A stretch of 61,058 nucleotides of DNA, taken from assembly GCA_052034485.1 (NCBI GenBank), contig JBPOIM010000020.1, positions 1 to 61,058 on the forward strand, given 5' to 3'. A program made the position numbers and the translations under genes. The notes beneath the pieces were generated by a model that did not search any database, was not told the DNA's origin, and saw nothing but the letters and a program-made list of their open reading frames with translations. The DNA comes from Candidatus Anderseniibacteriota bacterium. Its GTDB lineage: Bacteria; Patescibacteriota; Andersenbacteria; UBA10190. Below, piece after piece: positions 35,240-44,725 of this stretch (position 1 is its first letter; every line of letters begins with the position of its first letter).

Positions 35240-37243
35240 TCTTGTTTCTAGTTCCGTTGCAAGCTTTCCGTCAGTTCCAATATATTGTAGCTGTATTGCC
35301 AAAGAGCCCAGCTTCTGAGTTGCGTCCGCAATAGATCCTGTTCTTGATATATATATTGGAGTCGATCTCTCAACCGTTGAACTATACCTAATAGAAGCGT
35401 ACGGATCAGTAGCTCCTTGTACTCTCATGCGAATAAAGAGATGATCCCCCTTATTCACTGAAATATTCGATGGCAATCCAATCGGCTCCCAAATCTTATC
35501 TTTAAGCATCGCAAGCGGTATATTTTGAGAAAATATTGGCGTACCCGTAAGACTCCTCGCAACATCGATAATCATCGTGCCCGTACCAGCCTTTCCAAAA
35601 CGAGTAGCAGGAAGAAATTCAAACCCTGCGAAATTTTCATGGTCCGCAACTACTTCCTGTGCAACAACGAGACTGTTATCCATATCCCCTACCGTTTTTG
35701 CATAACTTGGCTTTTCGTATATCCAGGCAAACTCTTTCCCGGCAATGTATACAACATGCACTGGCTCTCTCTTCTTGTAGTACTCATCAATGAAGTCATT
35801 TGCATAATGAGAAGGCTCCCGTCCAAACATATTTCTATACAACACAATAAACTGCACCTGGTTCTGCTCATGAGCATTAATATGAAGAACCTGAGCCGTG
35901 GTAAATGCCTGTAACTCTCCCGGATACCAAGAAGCTGCTGTTGCATGAGGATAATTCGTATTCAACCAGGCCGCCACCTGATCCAGCCCCTCTCCCCATC
36001 CCAGCTCCTGGCTCAAATTATCCGGAAAAAATGGATTGCTATAGGAGATTTCATATGGATGATAAAACGCTACAACCGAAGCGAGGTACAACAAACTTGC
36101 ACTAGTCCCAACAAGCGCCACGTTTCGATAACGCTTAATAAGCGAAAGCGCCCACAATATTCCATATGCCGCAATAATATCGAGGGCAAAGAACGAAGGA
36201 ATAATATATCGATCCCCTTTCTTTGCTCCAAAGGTCATCATTGCGATAAATCCAACAAAGTAAAAAATAACCAACCCCATTTCCTTTGCAGATTTCTTCT
36301 TATACATCGCATATACAAAAGCAATGACCCCCAAAGCACCACCGATCAGCGTTACGGGATTTGATCGAGTCAAAAGGGCCGCAGGATAATGAAACGGATT
36401 AATAGTATACTCTTCATTCATGTCATGAGGAGTGCTCGCGGCGATAGAAACATCTCTCTGCACAACCAATGCATTACCAAGAGGGTTTGGAACCCAAACA
36501 AGAGCGGGCCAAATAATAACGATCATCAACCCAACAATAAGCACCCAGACAATAGCGTCACGTACCCTGCCTACAAGAAAGCTTTTTTGCAAACTCTTTT
36601 TACCGTAATAGATCGCGAGAGTAACAATAATAAAAGGAAAGATAAACACCGCCGGAATTTTAGTAAGAAGCGCGAGTCCTGCAAGAGCAGCAGAAGCAAT
36701 AAGCCAGCCACGCTGCAACGATCTTACGTATACAATCGTGGCAAGCACTGCAAGCGTCAAAAACCCACCCAATAACGCATCAACATGAACAACGCGAGAA
36801 TACCCTATAAGAAAAGGATCTAGAGCAAGAAGAAGAACGGCAAATAATGGAATATCTCTCCGTTTTAAAACAATACGAAGAAGCACGTATAGTGCTGGAA
36901 TAATAAGCGTATTGAGTGCCGCAATAGAAAATTGAGACGCCTTAACAAAATGAAAGAGCGTACTTACCTCAAATGGAATATGAGACGTAAGCATTTTTGT
37001 TGTAATAGCAGCTCCAGCTACCCATAGCGTAGTAACTCCAGGATGCGTTGTTTGTAACATGTCATTAAACCGAAGGTCGTGGAATGCGCGGACAAAATCG
37101 TATGATCTTGCCATCCAGGTCTTCTCATCTGTAGTTAGAAAAGTCCCCAAATTTAAAATCCGAGGAACAAGGGCAACGAAAAGAAGGAGCGCGCAAACCA
37201 TGGTATCAAGACGGTGCGCAAGAAAGATTTTTTTAGCAAACAT
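35228..37243 (-). CDS. GT-C glycosyltransferase, PMT/ArnT-like (WGEGL family) with C-terminal soluble module
   Basis: 671 aa. VPRILNLGTFLTTDEKTW, HPGVTTLW, KKGDRYIIP and GWGEGLDQVAAWL. C-terminal 146 aa: VVAQEVVADHENFAGFEFLP...MIIDVARS...HLFIRMRV. The 3' end overlaps convergent ORF 32417..35239 by 12 nt. Confidence 0.75.
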   Translation of the reverse strand: MFAKKIFLAHRLDTMVCALLLFVALVPRILNLGTFLTTDEKTWMARSYDFVRAFHDLRFNDMLQTTHPGVTTLWVAGAAITTKMLTSHIPFEVSTLFHFVKASQFSIAALNTLIIPALYVLLRIVLKRRDIPLFAVLLLALDPFLIGYSRVVHVDALLGGFLTLAVLATIVYVRSLQRGWLIASAALAGLALLTKIPAVFIFPFIIVTLAIYYGKKSLQKSFLVGRVRDAIVWVLIVGLMIVIIWPALVWVPNPLGNALVVQRDVSIAASTPHDMNEEYTINPFHYPAALLTRSNPVTLIGGALGVIAFVYAMYKKKSAKEMGLVIFYFVGFIAMMTFGAKKGDRYIIPSFFALDIIAAYGILWALSLIKRYRNVALVGTSASLLYLASVVAFYHPYEISYSNPFFPDNLSQELGWGEGLDQVAAWLNTNYPHATAASWYPGELQAFTTAQVLHINAHEQNQVQFIVLYRNMFGREPSHYANDFIDEYYKKREPVHVVYIAGKEFAWIYEKPSYAKTVGDMDNSLVVAQEVVADHENFAGFEFLPATRFGKAGTGTMIIDVARSLTGTPIFSQNIPLAMLKDKIWEPIGLPSNISVNKGDHLFIRMRVQGATDPYASIRYSSTVERSTPIYISRTGSIADATQKLGSLAIQLQYIGTDGKLATELETRLLR

Positions 37244-37288
37244 ATTGTTTGTAATGGTACTAGTAAATCAACGAACAGGTAAACATAA

Positions 37289-38719
37289 TTACCTCTTGAC
37301 AATTCTAAAAAATGGGATATCGGGACATATAGAAGATTCGTCTTTACTATGAGCATCTTCGGGTTTCTTATAAGAAATCGCGAAAGCTGCTTCCGACTTA
37401 TGCTCCCCGTCAACAATTTGAATATCAGGATACTGGTGGCTTAGGTACTGCAAACGGTCAAATATATCTTGAGTTGCAGCAACCATAACCCCCTTCCCGC
37501 GAACGCAGGAAACGAGTGGGCGAATATCAACCAATGCAGAAGCCTTATCATTCCTATTTCCTAAAGAAAACTGATGTAAGCTTCCCCCAGTATACAAAAA
37601 GGGCACGAGCGCAATAGTAGCAGTCCATACCATCAAAAGAATTGCGAGAAGATAAGGAGCCATACGTAAAACTTTTTGTGGAAATACCTTTTCCAACAAA
37701 TCCCCTAATCCAGCACCAGCAAGCAACCATACCCCTAACGAAACTACCGTAAAATACCGTAATGTATAGCGATCAACCATGTAGAGCAATACATATGTAT
37801 GAATCGCAAGGCCAGCGCTAAACACTATATATACAATTCGCTTCCTAAAGAGAACCCCAAGAACTCCACAGCCGATCAAAATGCCAGTAATCCACATAAT
37901 AGCGTCATGGGGAAACTCGACCCCCGTATACCGAGCAACATATGATGAGCCAGATAGGTATAAGGGAATCGCTTCCCAAAAATCTCGTAGCCTACCACTA
38001 AACGTAGCTATTGTTGCAGATCTACTCCCCTGGTCATCTGTTTGAAGCAAAATAACTGTCAGCTGGGTCCCAAAGCCTGCCATAAACCCAATAATAGAAA
38101 GCCACCCAGACGTAAGAACTTCTCGCATGTTTTCCCTCCGAGACGAAGATAAGAAAAGCATCACCGTGGCGCATACAAAAATCGCAATCAGAGTTGGAAG
38201 AAAAATAATATCATTAGATAAGCCCAACCCCGCAACCAAGCCGACCAGTAACCATTTATGCTTCCAAGAACTCATTAGGGAATACATAAGGAGCGCAGCA
38301 AAAAATACATTGAGCGTTATAGCCCACCCAATTCTTTGCTGAAGAAGAAAAATAGGTGAGAACGACAAAGCTACTAAGGCCAATATGCCGACATCTTTTC
38401 CAAATAATTTTCTTAATACCGTGCCCAAAAGAAGAAATGCCGCGACATTAGCAGTAAGCACAACTGCGCGCAATGCAAGTGGCGTATACCCAAATACAGC
38501 CACATAGGGAACGCGAATATAGTCAATGAGCGGTCCAATATAGGACCTTTCCCCTACGATAGTAATGCCATCATGACTCAATAGCTCATACACATTCTCT
38601 CCCTCTGACCCTTCGTCGCCTAGGAGCCCTGGCACTCGGTGTATATACAGTAGATTTGCAATCAAAAAGAGACCCAAAAGAATTCCATACGGAAGCTGAA
38701 AAAACCATGGCCGCTTCAT
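37289..38719 (-). CDS. GT-C glycosyltransferase, ArnT/PMT_2-like
   Basis: 476 aa, polytopic. IHRVPGLLGDEGSEGENVYEL and YVAVFGYTPLALRAVVLTANVAAFLLLGTVLRKLFG. Confidence 0.65.
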   Translation of the reverse strand: MKRPWFFQLPYGILLGLFLIANLLYIHRVPGLLGDEGSEGENVYELLSHDGITIVGERSYIGPLIDYIRVPYVAVFGYTPLALRAVVLTANVAAFLLLGTVLRKLFGKDVGILALVALSFSPIFLLQQRIGWAITLNVFFAALLMYSLMSSWKHKWLLVGLVAGLGLSNDIIFLPTLIAIFVCATVMLFLSSSRRENMREVLTSGWLSIIGFMAGFGTQLTVILLQTDDQGSRSATIATFSGRLRDFWEAIPLYLSGSSYVARYTGVEFPHDAIMWITGILIGCGVLGVLFRKRIVYIVFSAGLAIHTYVLLYMVDRYTLRYFTVVSLGVWLLAGAGLGDLLEKVFPQKVLRMAPYLLAILLMVWTATIALVPFLYTGGSLHQFSLGNRNDKASALVDIRPLVSCVRGKGVMVAATQDIFDRLQYLSHQYPDIQIVDGEHKSEAAFAISYKKPEDAHSKDESSICPDIPFFRIVKR

Positions 38720-38723
38720 ATTG

Positions 38724-40604
38724 CTACAGTATATCTCTTTTCCCTAGAATCCAGTACTCGTACCACAACTGAAAAGATATAAGCGTCCATATCTTTTTTC
38801 GGTGGTCATATGTTTTATCCCTATGCTCGCGCAGCAACCGTTCAACATATGCATATGTAAATACGCCAACAGCTTCGATACGATCCCGAGATAAAATAGT
38901 ATATACAAAAGAGAGAAGTTCTTTTGAAAACCAAGATCCGCTCGGAATACCAAACCCTTGTTTTTTTCGCAAGATAACATCCTCAGAGATTCTTCCCTTC
39001 ATAAGCTCCCGCAATATTCTCTTATTTCTCTTATAGGAATCGGGCAGTCGCAAAACAAACTCAGCAAAATCACTATCCAAAAAAGGAGTTCTTGCCTCTA
39101 GCCCTACCGACATAGTGGCGCGATCAATTTTAACCAAAATATCTCGATTCATGTATGTAGCAACATGATACAAGGACGCTCTATCAAATGAATTTTGAAC
39201 ATGCGGAGAAACAGCAAAATCAACGGACTCAAATAGCTCTCGTATCGATGACTGTTTTTCTGATTTTAATAATTGCAATTGCTCCTGTTCCGTAAAAGCT
39301 CCAAGCCAAACTTGCATATTACGCTCAGAAGGATATGAAGCACCTCTTAAAAAAGACTTCAGTTTAAAATCAAAAGAAAAATATGAATGAGATACTGGTA
39401 TAGAGCGCACCATAGCCTCCGCCGCACTCCATACCCAAGAAGGAATAGCCGCCCCACGCCGAGAGAGCTCATAGGCAGAAAATGTGCCATACCCCCCTAA
39501 AAGCTCATCGCTTCCGTCCCCATCAAGAACCACCTTCATGTGCTCTCGAGCTGTTTTACTTATCATATACGTAGGAAGAAGGGAGATATCGGCAAAAGGC
39601 ACATCCATGTATGGAATAATTTCTTGCAAGGTACTAATGAATTCTTTCGCGCTAAAATTCTTTGCGTGATGAGTAAGAGATAAATCAGATGCAACAATAG
39701 AAGCAATAGGCTCTTCATTAAAACTCTGATCATCAAAAGAAACCGAACAAGAATGAATTTCCCCCTCTTTTCGTATATGACGCATGTACCACGCAATAGT
39801 GCTAGAATCTAACCCCCCACTCAAAAAAAGTCCGACGGGCACATCTGCAACCATTCGCCTTTCAACTGCAACCCCAAGCAACTGATCAAACCTTTTCATA
39901 GCATCTTTAAACGAAAGCGATACCTTGGGCGCAACTTGTGGAGCGGTCCACTTTGCAATACGCCTCTGGGTAGCCCCAATCTCGAATACTTCTCCTGGAC
40001 CAAGGGAAAACACCCCAGAAAATCCCGCGTACGGAGTAGGAACATATTCATGAAGCAAGTATTGAGAAATTTCCTTATTTGAAATTTCAGGATGAATATA
40101 TCCAGAGGCAATTAGAGCCTTAGGTTCAGAGGCAAACAAAAAATTCTCACCAGCCCAAGCGTAAAACAGAGGCTTTTTACCAAACATGTCTGTTGCTAGA
40201 AGAAGCTTCTGGTCTTGGGTATCAAAAAAGGCAAATGCAAACATCCCGCGAAGAAGCGACAACGCATCTCCATGAAATCTCATAAGCATTTTCATGAGCA
40301 CTTCCGTATCCGAATTTGAAACAAAGGTATCTTCGGAAAAATACTTTGATCGCAGCTCGCGATAATTATAAATCTCCCCATTAAAGGTGAGCATGTATCT
40401 CCCATCTTCCGATATAAATGGCTGAGCTCCAGCGGAAGTTACATCAATAATAGAAAGTCTCCTGTGGACAAATCCAATTGATCCCGAAACATAGCTCCCT
40501 TTTCCGTCTGGGCCCCGATGTGCAATGGCCTCCCCCATGCGTTCAAGCGATTGCTTCTCACACAGACCACCTTTCGTATCCCAAATTCCAGCAATTCCAC
40601 ACAT
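38724..40604 (-). CDS. asnB: asparagine synthase (glutamine-hydrolysing)-family amidotransferase
   Basis: Start set at ATG 40604 so that the protein begins MCGIAGIWD (Ntn Cys2 nucleophile); the ORF track adds 20 aa. PP-loop LFLSGGLDSS. About 626 aa. Confidence 0.85.
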   Translation of the reverse strand: MCGIAGIWDTKGGLCEKQSLERMGEAIAHRGPDGKGSYVSGSIGFVHRRLSIIDVTSAGAQPFISEDGRYMLTFNGEIYNYRELRSKYFSEDTFVSNSDTEVLMKMLMRFHGDALSLLRGMFAFAFFDTQDQKLLLATDMFGKKPLFYAWAGENFLFASEPKALIASGYIHPEISNKEISQYLLHEYVPTPYAGFSGVFSLGPGEVFEIGATQRRIAKWTAPQVAPKVSLSFKDAMKRFDQLLGVAVERRMVADVPVGLFLSGGLDSSTIAWYMRHIRKEGEIHSCSVSFDDQSFNEEPIASIVASDLSLTHHAKNFSAKEFISTLQEIIPYMDVPFADISLLPTYMISKTAREHMKVVLDGDGSDELLGGYGTFSAYELSRRGAAIPSWVWSAAEAMVRSIPVSHSYFSFDFKLKSFLRGASYPSERNMQVWLGAFTEQEQLQLLKSEKQSSIRELFESVDFAVSPHVQNSFDRASLYHVATYMNRDILVKIDRATMSVGLEARTPFLDSDFAEFVLRLPDSYKRNKRILRELMKGRISEDVILRKKQGFGIPSGSWFSKELLSFVYTILSRDRIEAVGVFTYAYVERLLREHRDKTYDHRKKIWTLISFQLWYEYWILGKRDIL

Positions 40605-40610
40605 ACTGCA

Positions 40611-40619
40611 ACCATACCA
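40611..40619 (-). promoter_or_regulatory. extended -10 TGgTATGGT at -15..-7 of asnB ATG 40604 (minus strand)
   Basis: Reverse complement reads tttTGGTATGGTtgcagtATG. Confidence 0.45.
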
Positions 40620-40624
40620 AAAAC

Positions 40625-40633
40625 TGGTATACT
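40625..40633 (+). promoter_or_regulatory. extended -10 TGgTATACT at -15..-7 of ATG 40640
   Basis: aacTGGTATACTcgggaaATG. Back-to-back with 40611-40619 inside a 35-nt divergent spacer. Confidence 0.5.
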
Positions 40634-40639
40634 CGGGAA

Positions 40640-42889
40640 ATGGACCCAAAACCTTATATTCCACATATTATTATCGGAAGCATTATCCTTATTGCTATTG
40701 CAGCGTTCCTCCCAGCATCCCAAAACCATATCGTCTCGTATGGGGAAGATACGTACTCCACCCATAAACCCCTCTTTTCATCCCATACAGCAGAAGAGAC
40801 TATTACCACAACAAAAGAGACGGTTGGCTTAGGAGCAATTCTTGTCGACCTTCGCCGAACAAAGGATCTAAAAGATACTCGCGTAGAAATTTTTGACCAA
40901 GAAAGCGGTACCTTATTGCTATCACAATTAATATCTGCAAACTCAATAAAAGACGATGAGTTTGCGTATACTATATTTTCAAACAACCCTATCAGTAAAA
41001 ACAAAAAAATACGTATCGTATTTTCAAGCCCAGACTCTACAATAAAAAATCCAACTGGACTACGCTTTGATCCCGCAAAGAGCATTTTGGCAATCTCGCT
41101 CAAAGAGCGCATACCTCTTTGGCAAGCAGTACAAACAACCATAGCAAACAATATTCAAACGTGGGGATACATCATGCTTGCTGGCGCATTCTCTCTTATC
41201 TGCGCAGCCACAATATTTACTACTTCAAAATACAAAAAAGCATGGGTCGTAATCCTCGGAATATTTCTCGTATTCTCGTTTACGGCTCGGGCTCTTATTA
41301 TTCCAAAATTTGAAGGAGTAAGCGGAGGGGATGCGTACAACTACCTATTTATCACTAAAGCGATAACAAAACTACAAAATCCATTTGCAAACACCAAGCG
41401 CCTCCCAGGATATCCGGCGACACTCGTACCATTTTTTGCATCGGGAGCCTTTAATGAACAAAATATTATGCGATACTCTCAATCGCTTTGGAGTATTGTC
41501 GGGATCGGTCTTATTGTGACAATCGCACGAACAATTGGACTATCTTGGCCTGTTGCACTGCTGGCAGGAACCATTCTCGCCTTTCAAAAAGATTATTACA
41601 TAACCTCTGTACGACCTGAGCCATATTCAATGTATACAGCGCTCTTACTTGCGTCTGTTCTCATGTTCTTATCCTCATATAAAAATCCTCAAAAATGGAA
41701 ATTTGTCTTGTTTGGAATTTTTCTCGGGTACAGCGCACTAACACGACAAGAAGGTTTTGTGCTTGCCGTACTCTTAGGAACATCTTCCTTGATTTATGAA
41801 GGCTATACGCTATACAAGACAAACTGGAAAGGCTCAATTTGGGATTCAGGAAAGCGATTCCTATATATGTATGGTCCGGCATTCATTGTCATCCTTCCAT
41901 TTTTCATTAATAGCGCAATTGCATACGGAAACCCTCTCTACACAAAGTACCTAGAAGGAGAGCGCCTGCAAATCGTGCATTCATATTCAGACTTCGAAGA
42001 TGCTGCCGGAGCATCGTGGGGTGTTATCGATTCAATGTGGAAATCCTCATGGGATCGCCTCGCTCGAATCCCGCTCTCAACACCGGCCTTTCTCTCGTCG
42101 ATAGTTCTATTATGGGCCTGGTATGCAGCATCACAGCATTCATCAAAAAAAGATGTTGCCCGCTTTATTGCAATCATCGCAACACTTGCATGGATCACCA
42201 TTATATACCTGGCGGGAGCGAATAAAGGGCTTGTCACCGAATATATTCCGATCGTTACATCAGCATGGATATTCGCAAGTATTCCGATTTTTATTTGGAA
42301 AACAAAAGTGCCAGGAATATTTCTTACCATCGTACTTATCTCTCAAGCAGGGATTGCATTATGGTTTCACCCATTTGCAAAACATTTCCAGCAATCATAT
42401 CCGTTTATTGTCCTAATGATTGCAACCGCTCTCGTATCAGGTATCGATACAAAAAAGAAGTACATGACAGCAAGCCTTCTTGCCGTATTCTCTCTTCCCT
42501 TTTTTCTTACAGCTTCTTTTCTCCTAAAAAATGTGAACGCTGAAATAGACCAGTACAACGAAGGGGTTGCGGAGGATTCTGTTGTATACCGAGCAACACG
42601 TGCAGTACGCTCGATGCCAGGACCTATTGGATTTGACCAGGCCTACCTTCCAGCGCTTCTCTATTTTGACAACGGGGAAAAGGAAGCGAAGTTTTTCCCA
42701 GGAGAAGAGCACCCTACTCTAGAATTCGAAAAAGCCTGGCTGAAAGACAATAGAATCAAAACTCTCGTAACAATGAGCGGAGATGATATATTTTCAAACC
42801 CAGACCCGTCATGGAAAAAAATAAAGGCATTTAAAGCTGCGGGAAAGCACGAAAAGATTTTTGAAAGTGTTATATACTCAATTCCGTAA
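40640..42889 (+). CDS. large polytopic membrane protein, GT-C-like, with N-terminal extracytoplasmic module
   Basis: The ORF track starts at 40478, antisense inside asnB; ATG 40640 (MDPKPYIPHIIIGSIILIAI...) lies 6 nt downstream of TGgTATACT. TM1, a ~140-aa soluble module, then SGGDAYNYLFITKAI...KRLPGYP and many TM helices. Confidence 0.55.
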   Translation: MDPKPYIPHIIIGSIILIAIAAFLPASQNHIVSYGEDTYSTHKPLFSSHTAEETITTTKETVGLGAILVDLRRTKDLKDTRVEIFDQESGTLLLSQLISANSIKDDEFAYTIFSNNPISKNKKIRIVFSSPDSTIKNPTGLRFDPAKSILAISLKERIPLWQAVQTTIANNIQTWGYIMLAGAFSLICAATIFTTSKYKKAWVVILGIFLVFSFTARALIIPKFEGVSGGDAYNYLFITKAITKLQNPFANTKRLPGYPATLVPFFASGAFNEQNIMRYSQSLWSIVGIGLIVTIARTIGLSWPVALLAGTILAFQKDYYITSVRPEPYSMYTALLLASVLMFLSSYKNPQKWKFVLFGIFLGYSALTRQEGFVLAVLLGTSSLIYEGYTLYKTNWKGSIWDSGKRFLYMYGPAFIVILPFFINSAIAYGNPLYTKYLEGERLQIVHSYSDFEDAAGASWGVIDSMWKSSWDRLARIPLSTPAFLSSIVLLWAWYAASQHSSKKDVARFIAIIATLAWITIIYLAGANKGLVTEYIPIVTSAWIFASIPIFIWKTKVPGIFLTIVLISQAGIALWFHPFAKHFQQSYPFIVLMIATALVSGIDTKKKYMTASLLAVFSLPFFLTASFLLKNVNAEIDQYNEGVAEDSVVYRATRAVRSMPGPIGFDQAYLPALLYFDNGEKEAKFFPGEEHPTLEFEKAWLKDNRIKTLVTMSGDDIFSNPDPSWKKIKAFKAAGKHEKIFESVIYSIP

Positions 42890-42892
42890 TAC

Positions 42893-44725
42893 ATGTTTTC
42901 ATCATTTGCATTTTACGCCGCAGAAGGAGCGCTGACTGGAATTATATTTGGCCTCGGAGCACTACTTATATACATTCTTCCAAAATATAAATGGCTTGGA
43001 GCATCCGTTCTTATAACACTCATAACTCCGCTCGCTCTGTTACCATTTTGGAATTCTTATGGGAACCTTGGAATTTCCGACTGGGACTACTATCTTTCCA
43101 TGCATACAAATTTGCGAAACGCGATTATTCAACATCATCAATTCCCCCTTTGGAATCCATATACTTGCGGAGGCACATCGGCATTAGGAGACCCTGAATT
43201 CCCCGTTTTAAGCCCCTTATTTCTTTTTGAGCTAGCGTTTGGCACACCGCTTGGGCTTATACTTTCAATTTATGCTTCTACAGCCATTGGAGGTCTCGGA
43301 ATGCTTCACCTATCACGAAAACTTGGGATTGGGCCCATTGCTGGTCTTGCATCGAGTCTTGCAATGGCATTTGGAACCGTAAACCTCCTTGAAATAGTGG
43401 AGGGGCATCAAAATATACTAGCTGCCATGTATATACCTTGGGTATTGTATTTTTGGTATCAGGCATACACATCCCAAAAACGAGCACGTTGGCTATCTAT
43501 TATTGGTGCTGCGAGCTGTATGTCTCTTATGTTTTTCCAAGGAGGGATTTACTTGCTCATGTATATGACTGGAACATTTTTGTTTATGCTGCTTGTTGCA
43601 AAACGAAAAACCCAAGCACTTGCGATCACAGCGAGCGCTGGCGTACTTGCTCTCGGGCTCGCCGCAGTAAAAGTTATTCCAGTTGCATACTGGCTGAGCG
43701 AATTTTCCGATAAGGTATATGCAAGCTCTACGTATACAATCTTTTCTCTCGATAAAATATTACTCGGAAGAATCTTGTATGGAGCAGAAAACGTTATTCC
43801 TAACCAAGGAGGTGGTTGGCACGAATACGCTGCATATATTGGCCCGGTTATCCTGACACTTTCTATTTGCGGAGTAATGTTTTACTGGAAGCATCGAATC
43901 GTACGGCTACTTCTGATATCGGCCTGTATTGCAACTCTCATTTCATCTACAGGCCCACTTTTAAAACCAGCGTTTGATCATCTTTCTTTTATTCCACGCT
44001 CAAATATTTCTCGCGTTATTCTACTCGCAGTAATTCCTATTTCTCTTCTTGCTGGATTTGGAACGCAAGGAATAGAAAAACGATCAAAAAAGATGGGTAT
44101 ATTGGCAATCGTATTAGTAACTCTTGCAGCCATAGATTTAATGAGTCTTTCATACCCTATATCGTCACAAGCATTCGTCCTGCCTCACGTAAACCAAGAT
44201 ATACCTCCTGCTCCGTTTCCTATCGCATACAGCCCATACGACTATAAAACACGCTACAACGGAGTGGACTACACCAGAGCATACGACGCCACGCTTCAGG
44301 GATACGGAAACATGACGTACTGCTCCGTTCTTGGGCCGGACCCTTCTGTTGATGTAATTACTGACGAAGGCAGAGGAGGCATACTCTCACTCTCTGGAGA
44401 CAAAGAAGGAACTTTTACAATAAAGTCCTGGACGCCAAACGGAGCAGTCTTTTTAGTACATGCGACAAAACAAACATCCGCAATTCTCAACGCGAATTAT
44501 GCAATCGGCTGGTTTGTTAACGGATCACCCGCAAAAGAAATGCGAAACCGCCCAGGAATCAACATTCCCGCAGGAGACACAACATTACGCTTCTCATATA
44601 TTCCGCGCGGAATGATGTTTGGTATTGGAATCTCTATCGTAACACTGCTTGGGGTGCTTCTGTCGCTATTTAGTAAGGAGAATACTTCTCTTATAGGCAT
44701 CAATATTTTCAAGCGCCGCTCCTGA
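42893..44725 (+). CDS. YfhO-like polytopic membrane protein (GT-C-like)
   Basis: 610 aa. NAIIQHHQFPLWNPYTCGGTSALGDPEFPVLSP. The C-terminal half is paralogous to ORF 1..1179. The 3' end overlaps convergent mreB by 60 nt. Confidence 0.65.
   Translation: MFSSFAFYAAEGALTGIIFGLGALLIYILPKYKWLGASVLITLITPLALLPFWNSYGNLGISDWDYYLSMHTNLRNAIIQHHQFPLWNPYTCGGTSALGDPEFPVLSPLFLFELAFGTPLGLILSIYASTAIGGLGMLHLSRKLGIGPIAGLASSLAMAFGTVNLLEIVEGHQNILAAMYIPWVLYFWYQAYTSQKRARWLSIIGAASCMSLMFFQGGIYLLMYMTGTFLFMLLVAKRKTQALAITASAGVLALGLAAVKVIPVAYWLSEFSDKVYASSTYTIFSLDKILLGRILYGAENVIPNQGGGWHEYAAYIGPVILTLSICGVMFYWKHRIVRLLLISACIATLISSTGPLLKPAFDHLSFIPRSNISRVILLAVIPISLLAGFGTQGIEKRSKKMGILAIVLVTLAAIDLMSLSYPISSQAFVLPHVNQDIPPAPFPIAYSPYDYKTRYNGVDYTRAYDATLQGYGNMTYCSVLGPDPSVDVITDEGRGGILSLSGDKEGTFTIKSWTPNGAVFLVHATKQTSAILNANYAIGWFVNGSPAKEMRNRPGINIPAGDTTLRFSYIPRGMMFGIGISIVTLLGVLLSLFSKENTSLIGINIFKRRS

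Noticed and set aside
40478-40639. N-terminal 54-aa extension of the ORF-track ORF 40478..42889
   Set aside because: It runs antisense through the asnB N-terminus. It has no hydrophobic or conserved character. An ATG at 40640 begins a normal TM1 and sits 6 nt after TGgTATACT.
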